IMG/VR virus record: IMGVR_UViG_3300023108_000002 | Source of the DNA: a virus | Lineage: Duplodnaviria > Caudoviricetes | Length of the DNA: 64,000 nt | Strand: one strand, 5' to 3' | Part shown: piece by piece, positions 34,167-42,373 of the stretch | Layout of the letters: every line of letters begins with the position of its first letter | Position numbering within the stretch: the stretch's first letter is position 1 | Translations under genes and position numbers: made by a program | The notes under the pieces: model-generated | Told to the model about the DNA's origin: nothing | Seen by the model: the letters and a program-made list of their open reading frames with translations, nothing else | Databases searched by the model: none

Positions 34167-34721
34167 ATGGTTGAATTGCCAGAATGGAAATCTTTCTATA
34201 AATTTAGTTATATAGAAACAGAAAATGGAAGTGAGAGTCAAAAGATTGATTATAAGTTTGATTCTTCTGAATTTGCATTACCAGAAGTACTAGCTAAGAT
34301 CGAAGATTTTCTTATTGCGTCTGGATATGATTGGATTCAGAGAGGTACTTTATCTGTAAAAAATAAAAGAAATGATTTGTTTACAAGCACCGAATTAGGA
34401 TCATTACCAGACGATTTGGAATTAGAATTAGCAGATTCATTGAAGAGTGCTCTAGAAGAACTCAAAAGACAGAATAATATTGAGATTGGTGAGAGAATGA
34501 TGGGAATAGACAGAACTGCAAAGGTTGTAAGTATAAATGATGGAAAAGAAATTCCAGAGTTTAATATGGATACATCATTTCAGCATATAACACCAGAAAC
34601 CCTTAATGTTAGATGGGATGAATATGATCAAACTATCACATATGGTGGAATTCCAATTGAAGAAATAGATTTTTCAAAACATGAATATGAAGTAGACGAA
34701 GAAGATAATATTTTACATTAG
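34167..34721 (+). CDS. Hypothetical acidic protein
   Basis: AAGGAG RBS. Confidence 0.7.
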   Translation: MVELPEWKSFYKFSYIETENGSESQKIDYKFDSSEFALPEVLAKIEDFLIASGYDWIQRGTLSVKNKRNDLFTSTELGSLPDDLELELADSLKSALEELKRQNNIEIGERMMGIDRTAKVVSINDGKEIPEFNMDTSFQHITPETLNVRWDEYDQTITYGGIPIEEIDFSKHEYEVDEEDNILH

Positions 34722-34733
34722 AAAGGATTATAA

Positions 34734-35201
34734 ATGGGATTTAATTTATCAAATAGATCGAAGGCAAAACTAGAAGGAGTGCATCCAGATATGGTTGCAG
34801 TCGTTGAGCGAGCCATAGAGCTCACTAAAGTTGATTTTGGTGTCACTTATGGAGTTAGAACGCTTGAAGAACAGGAGAGACTTGTAGCAAGTGGTCGCTC
34901 ACAGACTATGAAGTCTAAACATCTTATTCAAGACTCTGGTTATTCACATGCGGTGGATGTGGTAGCTTATGATGGTCCTGATGTAGTTTGGGAAATTAAT
35001 GTATATGACGATATTTGTGATGCTTTCAAACAGGCCGCTGAAGAGCTTGGAGTAGCGATCAAGTGGGGTGCTGCTTGGTCAGAAGGCGATATCAGATCTT
35101 ATTCTGGTACTGCTGAAGATGCTATGAATGCATACATAGATCTTCGTCGCAGTCAAGGTCGGAGGCCTTTTATCGATGGGCCACACTTTGAACTTATGTG
35201 A
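34734..35201 (+). CDS. Peptidase M15 endolysin (L-Ala-D-Glu peptidase type)
   Basis: RTLEEQ, SKHL...HAVDV, DGPHFEL zinc-peptidase motifs. Confidence 0.88.
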   Translation: MGFNLSNRSKAKLEGVHPDMVAVVERAIELTKVDFGVTYGVRTLEEQERLVASGRSQTMKSKHLIQDSGYSHAVDVVAYDGPDVVWEINVYDDICDAFKQAAEELGVAIKWGAAWSEGDIRSYSGTAEDAMNAYIDLRRSQGRRPFIDGPHFELM

Positions 35202-35227
35202 TATATTTGCAATACTTTAAAAAAGTG

Positions 35228-35258
35228 TTGACATGTCGTAATAATTGTGGTATAAATA
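35228..35258 (+). promoter_or_regulatory. Combined sigma70 and T4 late promoter upstream of the tmRNA
   Basis: TTGACA-N17-TATAAA, where the -10 is part of TATAAATA. Confidence 0.85.
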
Positions 35259-35261
35259 AAT

Positions 35262-35585
35262 TCGTAATTGTTGATGCAATTCAAAACACATACTGGACTT
35301 GGGGGCAGTACCCAACGCCTCCACCATAAATGCACTATGTCCTGCTGCATCAGGAAGTTATGCAGAACATAGGTTGCCCACGATGGGACGCCGAAGTTAG
35401 TGCATTTTTGATGGGGGCGAACTAGGATCGACAGGTGAGTAGAGATGAGTGGAGATTACCGTGGTGGCTTACGATATTCGGCCAACTAAACTAAATGCAA
35501 ACGATAATTTTGCACCTTCTGAGTTCGCTCTAGCAGCGTAACCACAGGGGGTTGGCCACTCACCTAGCAACAGAAGAAGTGGCGC
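35262..35585 (+). ncRNA. ssrA: Two-piece (circularly permuted) tmRNA; outer ends approximate
   Basis: Acceptor piece ends GGGGGCAGTACCCAACGCCTCCACCA (35326); coding piece starts GGGGGCG (35413) giving the G3:U70 pair; tag frame 35497-35541 reads ANDNFAPSEFALAA*. Confidence 0.92.
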
Positions 35586-35609
35586 TCATAATAAAAAGGA
35601 ATAACAAAA

Positions 35610-35963
35610 ATGAGAAGTATTATTTTGTCAGGTGCATTTGCACTTGTATTGGCAAGTTCGGCCGCAGCGATGGAACTTGGAAACGGTCTTTCATGGAACA
35701 ATGAAGTGACAGCAGAAAGAAATTTGGAAACAGAAACAAATAGCTTTACATTTGAAACTGATGTTGCATGGGATTTTGGATTGGGTACTTTAGAAGTCGG
35801 CCCAAATGTATTTGATCTTGAAAATATTGAATGGACTTCAACAGAATACCAAGTAACTATGCCAGTCAAATTTCTTGATGGCGCAGAAGTTTTTACAAAA
35901 ACATCTACCAATAGTGATTGGGAAATTGGTGACGTAACAATCGGCGCATCTTTCACATTCTAA
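35610..35963 (+). CDS. Small outer-membrane beta-barrel-like protein
   Basis: Signal peptide ending AAA, amphipathic beta pattern, C-terminal GASFTF (terminal Phe). Confidence 0.65.
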   Translation: MRSIILSGAFALVLASSAAAMELGNGLSWNNEVTAERNLETETNSFTFETDVAWDFGLGTLEVGPNVFDLENIEWTSTEYQVTMPVKFLDGAEVFTKTSTNSDWEIGDVTIGASFTF

Positions 35964-36045
35964 ATATTTACAGGGTTGCTACTTAATAAGCACGCCTCCC
36001 CCCACGGTTAGGGGGAGATTTTACACACAGACACAGGAGAAAAAA

Positions 36046-36267
36046 ATGTCTAATAAAAATCCTTTTGAAATTCGTTCCGAAATGCTTCAACTTGCCAAAG
36101 ATTATATGGATCAGCAATATCACATGAATCGTGAGTTCGCGGAGAAAATGTATGAAGCAGGTAAAAGCTCTATGGAAGAGTGGCAAAAAGCCAATCAAAT
36201 GTATTCAATGGATGAACTAATGGAAAAAGCAAAAGAAATGTATTCTTTTGTTTCTAAAAAAGACTAG
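36046..36267 (+). CDS. Conserved hypothetical protein, 73 aa
   Basis: NPFEIRSEMLQLAKDY pattern; AGGAG RBS. Confidence 0.75.
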   Translation: MSNKNPFEIRSEMLQLAKDYMDQQYHMNREFAEKMYEAGKSSMEEWQKANQMYSMDELMEKAKEMYSFVSKKD

Positions 36268-36404
36268 CTGAAATGCGGATGTCGGATACAAGTAAATCAT
36301 ATATATTTTAGTGGTTATGAATTTCTAAGATTGAAATATCAATAAACGGAAAATATAATTGAATAAAGCTTGTATCCAACATCTAAAAGTGAATAGAGGT
36401 AATA

Positions 36405-36692
36405 ATGCCATTATATACATTTAGATGTAAAAGTTGTAATCACGAATTTGAACATTCGTGTAAAATATCAGAGAGGGACGAAGCCCTACGTGGTTCTTGT
36501 CCGTCTTGCGTTCACCCCGAAAAATGTACATTAGAACAGATCATTACCAAAGTAAACATTGGTGATCCAACTGGTCGTGCAAAAGTTCCCCTTGAATTTA
36601 AAGAAAAAGTATTAGATAAGGTTGATGCTGTGCCAGGCGCTGCAAAACGTGAATCTAAATTTAATGTAGAGAGATCTGCCTCGGGGTATTAG
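36405..36692 (+). CDS. FmdB-family Zn-ribbon protein
   Basis: MPLYTFRCKSCNHEFE...CPSC. Confidence 0.8.
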   Translation: MPLYTFRCKSCNHEFEHSCKISERDEALRGSCPSCVHPEKCTLEQIITKVNIGDPTGRAKVPLEFKEKVLDKVDAVPGAAKRESKFNVERSASGY

Positions 36693-36741
36693 ATATTTAC
36701 AAGCTTACAATTAGTTTTCCCCCAACAATAGGAGTCTGATC

Positions 36742-37461
36742 GTGAGCAGAAGGTCTAAGAAAAATAGAAGTAGTAACAATAGATTAATTGGTTTAGATAG
36801 CAGGAGTACAGATTTAAAAAAAATTTTTCCAATGACACCAGCACAAGATAAAGTATTTTCTTCATTTGAACAAGGAAATCATTTATTCTTACATGGAGTT
36901 GCAGGCACAGGTAAAACTTTCGTTTCATTATATCTTGCATTGAATGAATTGCTTTCTAAAAGATCGATGTATAGAGAAATACAGATAATCAGAAGTGTAG
37001 TTCCAACAAGAGATATGGGATTCTTGCCCGGCACAGAAAAACAGAAAACAGAATCATATGAAGCACCATATAAAACAATTGTAAACGAATTGTTTCAGTG
37101 TGGCACAGCATATGAAAGTTTAAGAAAAACCAATTTAATTAATTTTAGTTCTACATCATTTATTCGTGGCCAAACATTTTACGATAGCATAATAATTGTT
37201 GATGAATGTCAAAATATGAACTTTCATGAACTAGATTCAGTAATTACTAGAATAGGAGATAATTGTTTAATAATATTCTGTGGAGACTTTAGACAGTCTG
37301 ACTTCAGATGGGAAGATGAGAAAAATGGCATCAAAGAATTTATGAAAATTATCAGAAAGATGTCACAGTTTTCATTCATAGAATTTGGCCAAGAGGACAT
37401 TGTAAGGAGCGCACTAGTTAAAGATTACATTATAAATAAACTAGAACTAGGAATTGCGTAA
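36742..37461 (+). CDS. phoH: PhoH-family ATPase
   Basis: GVAGTGKT Walker A, MGFLPG, IRGQTF, DECQN, RIG, GDFRQSD, IVRS. Confidence 0.95.
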   Translation: MSRRSKKNRSSNNRLIGLDSRSTDLKKIFPMTPAQDKVFSSFEQGNHLFLHGVAGTGKTFVSLYLALNELLSKRSMYREIQIIRSVVPTRDMGFLPGTEKQKTESYEAPYKTIVNELFQCGTAYESLRKTNLINFSSTSFIRGQTFYDSIIIVDECQNMNFHELDSVITRIGDNCLIIFCGDFRQSDFRWEDEKNGIKEFMKIIRKMSQFSFIEFGQEDIVRSALVKDYIINKLELGIA

Positions 37462-37785
37462 ATGTCAAATGTAATAGATGCAGCAGAGTATTTCAGTATT
37501 AAGAAAGAACAGGGCCTCCCAACACTGGAGTCGATCAAAGATTATATTGACTATGGAGATGAATCAGATCAAATTTGTCAGCATGTTATGTTGGATTTAA
37601 TCGAAACATTATCTGTAGAATATGAATTTGAAACACAGGATTTGAGGTTCTTAGATGAATTAGCTTTTCTGCATCTAATACTACAAGCAATTGTTGACAG
37701 ACAATTAGATATTGATAATCCATTTATTGAAGAGATGAATGTAGCAATTAGTAATTTGAAAAGGGAACATAAGAAAGAAGTATAA
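37462..37785 (+). CDS. Hypothetical protein, 107 aa
   Basis: Compact operon. Confidence 0.7.
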   Translation: MSNVIDAAEYFSIKKEQGLPTLESIKDYIDYGDESDQICQHVMLDLIETLSVEYEFETQDLRFLDELAFLHLILQAIVDRQLDIDNPFIEEMNVAISNLKREHKKEV

Positions 37786-38459
37786 TGTTTAATCATGTTG
37801 ATGTTGACTTACCGATTAATAAGCTTAGTCGAGTAAATGAAAATGGTAAAAGATGGTATCTAACACCAGACGGAAATAAGTATCCATCTATAACAACAGT
37901 CCTTTCGTGGTTTTCTGCGAAAGGACTTATGGAATGGAGAAAAAGAGTTGGTGAAGAGGTTGCCAATAAAATCACTACTCAAGCTGCCCGAAGTGGAACT
38001 AGTGTTCATCAAATGGCAGAAGATCATCTAAACAATTTAGAATGGAAATCAAAAAAGACTATGCCTAATGACATAGAAACTTTTTTGAAAATAAAACCTG
38101 TCTTAGATGAAAGAATTGATAATGTGTATGCACAGGAACATCCATTATATTCAGATCATTTAGGACTGGCTGGGACGGTTGACTGTGTTGCCGAATTTGA
38201 TGGTAAACTATCCATAATTGACTTCAAGACTTCTAGGCAAAGCATGATTGGAGATAAATATGGTAAGTTAGAAAAATATTTTTGTCAGGCTTCTGGTTAC
38301 GCAGTGATGTTTGAGGAGAGATATAAAATGCCCATAAATAATTTAGTCATTATTGCGGCGGTGGCAGACAAAGACGAACCAGAGGTTTTTGTGTCTAAAC
38401 GAGATGTTCATATAAAAGAACTAATAAATATGACAGAAGAATATAAAAATAGGTTTTAG
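37785..38459 (+). CDS. PD-(D/E)XK exonuclease
   Basis: YPSITTVL, GTSVH, LAGTVDC, IIDFKTS, QASGYA. Confidence 0.9.
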   Translation: MFNHVDVDLPINKLSRVNENGKRWYLTPDGNKYPSITTVLSWFSAKGLMEWRKRVGEEVANKITTQAARSGTSVHQMAEDHLNNLEWKSKKTMPNDIETFLKIKPVLDERIDNVYAQEHPLYSDHLGLAGTVDCVAEFDGKLSIIDFKTSRQSMIGDKYGKLEKYFCQASGYAVMFEERYKMPINNLVIIAAVADKDEPEVFVSKRDVHIKELINMTEEYKNRF

Positions 38460-38469
38460 GAAAAAATAA

Positions 38470-39261
38470 ATGTCCAGAGTAGTTAGATTGGTTAGCGACA
38501 GAATTCCATTGGGAATTGAGCATCATCTTGGAGTTCTCTATGAGCCCCAATATGAGGATGGGGCCCCTTTTGTTTGGGGGAATTTTTATTTATTTGGTGT
38601 TACCAGATTGGATAAAAACACTGATGATCTTGAGATTGTTCCAGAAAAAACAGTTACTCTTAATTCACAAATTAGAGAAAAGAGAGTGACACTCGCGCCT
38701 GGCCAGACTGTAAAGTTAAAAGTTAATAATTCTTCTGTAGGAATTGCTAGAGTTGCTTTACTCATAAGTGCTAGCACTAGTGATGGGAGTGTGGATATAA
38801 TTTTTGATGATAAAAATAAAACAGTTGTTCATACAAACGAAACTTCATGGATGCAATATATTGATTTAACTCTGACGCCCGTAAAAGATTTTCCTACAGT
38901 TACATATTCCCTTTCGATAGATAGACAAATCGGAGAATGGGGATACAATTTAATTAATTCTACAAGTCCATATCCAAAATTTCCATCATCTCCACAATTA
39001 GTTGCTCAATGGGATACTAAAAAATTTGAAAATGTGAGTTGTACTATAGTTTTTGGACAAAGATTCGGAGAACGTCTGGGACAAACAAAAATTCATATCA
39101 ATTCTATAGAAAGTAAATTTTTGATTTTGCCATATAGATGGAAAAATAGTGGATGTAGCAAAGCAGATATTGTATGTCATTTTGATGTATTGTCTGAAAA
39201 TGGAGATGTTGCTAAATTTAAATGTAAAGAATTAGCAGGTATAGACGGCATAAGTTATTAA
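38470..39261 (+). CDS. Hypothetical protein, 263 aa
   Basis: Long co-directional ORF; no motif recognised. Confidence 0.7.
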   Translation: MSRVVRLVSDRIPLGIEHHLGVLYEPQYEDGAPFVWGNFYLFGVTRLDKNTDDLEIVPEKTVTLNSQIREKRVTLAPGQTVKLKVNNSSVGIARVALLISASTSDGSVDIIFDDKNKTVVHTNETSWMQYIDLTLTPVKDFPTVTYSLSIDRQIGEWGYNLINSTSPYPKFPSSPQLVAQWDTKKFENVSCTIVFGQRFGERLGQTKIHINSIESKFLILPYRWKNSGCSKADIVCHFDVLSENGDVAKFKCKELAGIDGISY

Positions 39262-39322
39262 AGCCGTATATTAATTACTATGTGAATTTGAAAAACAACT
39301 TAAAAACGAAAGGAGGTAATAC

Positions 39323-39553
39323 ATGGATATTATCAACAAAGTAAAAGGTTGGGCTGGCGCACTAGCTGAATTAGGTATTAGTGTCGCCGCGCTTATGATT
39401 GTAGTAGAAGTACTAGGTTTAGGTGCAATCCCATTCTTTCCAGAAGTGAGTGTAGTAAGCAATGTGAGTAATATGCTTGCTGTACTAGGCGCAGAAGGTC
39501 TTATGGGCTTGATTGCGATTTGGGTATTATGGGGAATTTGGAATCGCAAGTGA
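39323..39553 (+). CDS. Small two-TM membrane protein
   Basis: AGGAGG RBS; two hydrophobic helices. Confidence 0.75.
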   Translation: MDIINKVKGWAGALAELGISVAALMIVVEVLGLGAIPFFPEVSVVSNVSNMLAVLGAEGLMGLIAIWVLWGIWNRK

Positions 39554-39590
39554 TTCCAGACAATTAACTGATTAACAGAAAGGAGGTCAT

Positions 39591-39764
39591 ATGGTCGATA
39601 AGTTAAAAGACTGGACTATGGCTAGAAAAAATGAAAGAACTACTTGGGATGGTATTCTTTTAGTAGTATTTGGAGTTTTATTGTTAATGGGAAGTCCATT
39701 AGTAAAACTCGCCGCATGGATAGCAATTCTTTGGGGCGTATGGACAATCTGGAAGTCAGAATAA
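39591..39764 (+). CDS. Small membrane protein, 57 aa
   Basis: Hand-found (MVDKLKDWTMARKNERTTWDG...); AGGAGG RBS. Confidence 0.7.
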   Translation: MVDKLKDWTMARKNERTTWDGILLVVFGVLLLMGSPLVKLAAWIAILWGVWTIWKSE

Positions 39765-39768
39765 AGTC

Positions 39769-39797
39769 TTGACATAACTTGTATTATAGCGTATACT
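39769..39797 (+). promoter_or_regulatory. Sigma70 promoter for gp33-gp59
   Basis: TTGACA-N17-TATACT; no GANTC. Confidence 0.85.
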
Positions 39798-39832
39798 GTA
39801 AAAATATACGCTATAATACGAAAGGAGATAGA

Positions 39833-40057
39833 ATGTTAAAATTAAAAAGTTCAAAAGAATTTTGTGATGAAATTGAAAAGAATGTAAGTGAAATGAAAAT
39901 GTCTTACATCGAAACAATCACGCATTACTGCGAAACTAATAATTTAGAAGTTGAAAATGTGACTCCACTTTTGAGTTCATTTATAAAAGAGAAAATCAAA
40001 TACGAAGCAGAGGGTTTAAACTTAGTCAGAAAATCGACTCAGCGGCTACCTTTATGA
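39833..40057 (+). CDS. gp33: Late transcription coactivator gp33
   Basis: EIEK...SYIETITHYCETNNLEVE...IKEKIKYEA..LNL; T4 gene order 33-59-32. Confidence 0.85.
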   Translation: MLKLKSSKEFCDEIEKNVSEMKMSYIETITHYCETNNLEVENVTPLLSSFIKEKIKYEAEGLNLVRKSTQRLPL

Positions 40058-40737
40058 GATACATGTCTAGTAGAAAAATAGATGATTTTGAAGCCTTTAA
40101 GATATATTTGGCAATGAAGAATCATTTCGCTGGTAAGTTTGATTTTAAGAAGTATAATGGTAAAGTAAATACAAAAAAAGAAACATATCTGAATAGAAAA
40201 GATAAAAAAACTTTTGAAGAACTTTCTAAAAGATATGACAAAAAAACCTTAGAAGAATTTTTACTTTCAGTTTTTGTTAATGTTACTGATAGTGGAAATT
40301 TAGCAATACATAGAAATGAATATATGTATTCTAAAAATCTACTTGATAAAGAATCGATTGAGATCTATAAAAACTGGAAAAAAAGAATACATAGTATCAG
40401 ATACACTTTTAAATCGGATTGTGAAATTCTATTTTCTAGTGCATCAAATAAAGACTTAGAATTTCAAGATATTTTTAGGTCTTTAAAAGGACACTATCCT
40501 TTTATAGTACAACTGGAACAAAAAGGTGAAATTTGTTTAGAAACCTTAGTAATCTTTGAAAAGATTTTTGGTTTCTTGAAAAAAGTAAAGATTGATGATA
40601 CAACTTACTGGCCGGTTTATTGTAAGAAGATAGACAAGTACATGTCTTTTTTAGATGTGGAACTTGATTATTATGTTGGAGTTATAAAGACTCTTTTGAT
40701 TGAAGATTATTATGAAAATTATGGTAAATATATTTAA
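40054..40737 (+). CDS. gp59: Helicase loader gp59
   Basis: YLAMKNHF...FDFKKYNGK; position between gp33 and gp32. Confidence 0.88.
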   Translation: MRYMSSRKIDDFEAFKIYLAMKNHFAGKFDFKKYNGKVNTKKETYLNRKDKKTFEELSKRYDKKTLEEFLLSVFVNVTDSGNLAIHRNEYMYSKNLLDKESIEIYKNWKKRIHSIRYTFKSDCEILFSSASNKDLEFQDIFRSLKGHYPFIVQLEQKGEICLETLVIFEKIFGFLKKVKIDDTTYWPVYCKKIDKYMSFLDVELDYYVGVIKTLLIEDYYENYGKYI

Positions 40738-40745
40738 TTTACATC

Positions 40746-40774
40746 TTGACATACAACGAATATTGAGTTATATT
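40746..40774 (+). promoter_or_regulatory. Sigma70 promoter for gp32
   Basis: TTGACA-N17-TATATT; no GANTC. Confidence 0.85.
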
Positions 40775-40820
40775 AGAAAAATAAACAAACGCATACAACG
40801 CATATTAAGGAGAAAAATAT

Positions 40821-41726
40821 ATGTCTTTTGCAGCATTAAAAAAGAATCGTACCAACTTTAGTAAACTTACAGAAGAGTTGGAAAAAACATCTCAACCACA
40901 ATCAAATACATCATCTGTAGATGATCGTTTTTGGAAACCAACTATTGATAAGTCTGGTAACAGTTATGCTGTTATTCGATTTCTTCCACCAACTGATGGT
41001 GAAGACCTTCCTTGGGTTCGAGTTTTCAATCATGGGTTCAAAGGCCCTGGCGGTTGGTTAATTGATAATTGTCTTACTACTATTGGAAAGCCATGTCCTG
41101 TTTGTGAAAGCAATACAGAACTTTGGGGAACTGGTTCTCAAGACAATCAAAATCTGGCTAGGGATCGTAAACGTAAACTGAAATATATGTCTAATATTTA
41201 CGTTGTTAAGGATCCAGCAAATCCAGAAAACGAAGGTAAAGTTTTCCTTTATTCTTTCGGTAAAAAAATCTTTGATAAACTGAACGATATCATGCGTCCA
41301 CAATTCGAAGATGAAGATCCAGTAAATCCATTTGATTTTTGGGAAGGTGCTAATTTTAAATTGAAGTATCGTACTGTTGATGGATATGGTAATTATGATA
41401 AATCTGAATTTGATCGCCAGTCTGCACTGTCAGAAGATGATGCAGAATTGGAATCAATTTATAATCAACAACACTCTTTAGAAGAGTTTGTAAGTCCTAG
41501 TAACTTTAAGTCTTATGAACAACTTAAAGAGCGTCTTGATAGAGTTCTTGGTAATACTGCTTCTATGACAAATGCAGATTATGATATGGATGAGTCAATC
41601 TCTGATACTCCAAGTTTTGCGAAACCTTCATTCAAGGAAGTACCAACACCAGAACTCGCTTCAGCATCTAGTGATGATGAAGATGATTCAATTTCATACT
41701 TCACACGTCTTGCTGAAGAAACTTAA
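40821..41726 (+). CDS. gp32: ssDNA-binding protein gp32
   Basis: DDRFWKP, AVIRFLP, HGFKGPGG...NC.TT...CPVC zinc site, acidic C-terminal tail. Confidence 0.97.
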   Translation: MSFAALKKNRTNFSKLTEELEKTSQPQSNTSSVDDRFWKPTIDKSGNSYAVIRFLPPTDGEDLPWVRVFNHGFKGPGGWLIDNCLTTIGKPCPVCESNTELWGTGSQDNQNLARDRKRKLKYMSNIYVVKDPANPENEGKVFLYSFGKKIFDKLNDIMRPQFEDEDPVNPFDFWEGANFKLKYRTVDGYGNYDKSEFDRQSALSEDDAELESIYNQQHSLEEFVSPSNFKSYEQLKERLDRVLGNTASMTNADYDMDESISDTPSFAKPSFKEVPTPELASASSDDEDDSISYFTRLAEET

Positions 41727-41798
41727 AGGGTATACTAGATAGAATATCCCTGATGGCAGAGTAAGCCTCGCATCGAAAAGACTAGGTACACCAGAGCG

Positions 41799-41831
41799 GA
41801 AGGTAGAGATTATATCTCTACCTTCTTTTTT
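41799..41831 (+). terminator. Intrinsic terminator after gp32
   Basis: GAAGGTAGAGAT-TAT-ATCTCTACCTTC plus T6. Confidence 0.9.
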
Positions 41832-41942
41832 ACATAACGGGCATTCTCAAATTTCATAGCTTAAACCCTTTTTTTTCTGCAATTGCAAACTACATAATAA
41901 TGTATCAGATACACACATTTATCACATTAGGAGAATAAAAAA

Positions 41943-42188
41943 ATGTTTGAGACATTTGTAAGATTATATTCAAATTGGCAAAATAGATACGAGGCTGCTC
42001 GTAGTAAAAAAATTACTATTGATGAGTTGAGTAAACTTAACGATAAAGATTTAGAAGATATTGGAATAAACAGAGGTGATATTCGTTTCATTGCAGATAA
42101 ACATTATAACGACATTAGAGAAGAATATTTCAGAGATATTAGAGCTAGAGCAGATATGATAAATTCTAATTTAAGAGGATGGGTATAA
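41943..42188 (+). CDS. DUF1127 (YjiS-like) small protein
   Basis: TIDELSKLNDKDLEDIGINRGDI signature. Confidence 0.85.
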   Translation: MFETFVRLYSNWQNRYEAARSKKITIDELSKLNDKDLEDIGINRGDIRFIADKHYNDIREEYFRDIRARADMINSNLRGWV

Positions 42189-42373
42189 TGACAGATACTT
42201 TATTTCATTTAAGAAATGAGATGTCCTCTATGGCGTCTAGTGTTTGGTCTGGGTTTTATAAATTCTGTGAAATTTCTGGTTATGCAAGAGCAGCATCAGC
42301 ACTAGCCAGACAGGGATTGCACGAAGAAGCAAAAGCTTGCATGATGCAAGCGAAAAAACTGCGTACTAATTAA
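42188..42373 (+). CDS. Hypothetical protein coupled to DUF1127
   Basis: Stop/start overlap; GYARAASALARQG.HEEAK. Confidence 0.65.
   Translation: MTDTLFHLRNEMSSMASSVWSGFYKFCEISGYARAASALARQGLHEEAKACMMQAKKLRTN

Noticed and set aside
41728-41792. CTGATG...CGAAA element after gp32 resembling a hammerhead ribozyme core
   Set aside because: The core reads CUGAUGG rather than CUGAUGA and no clean stem II or III forms; at most a weak 3' UTR structure
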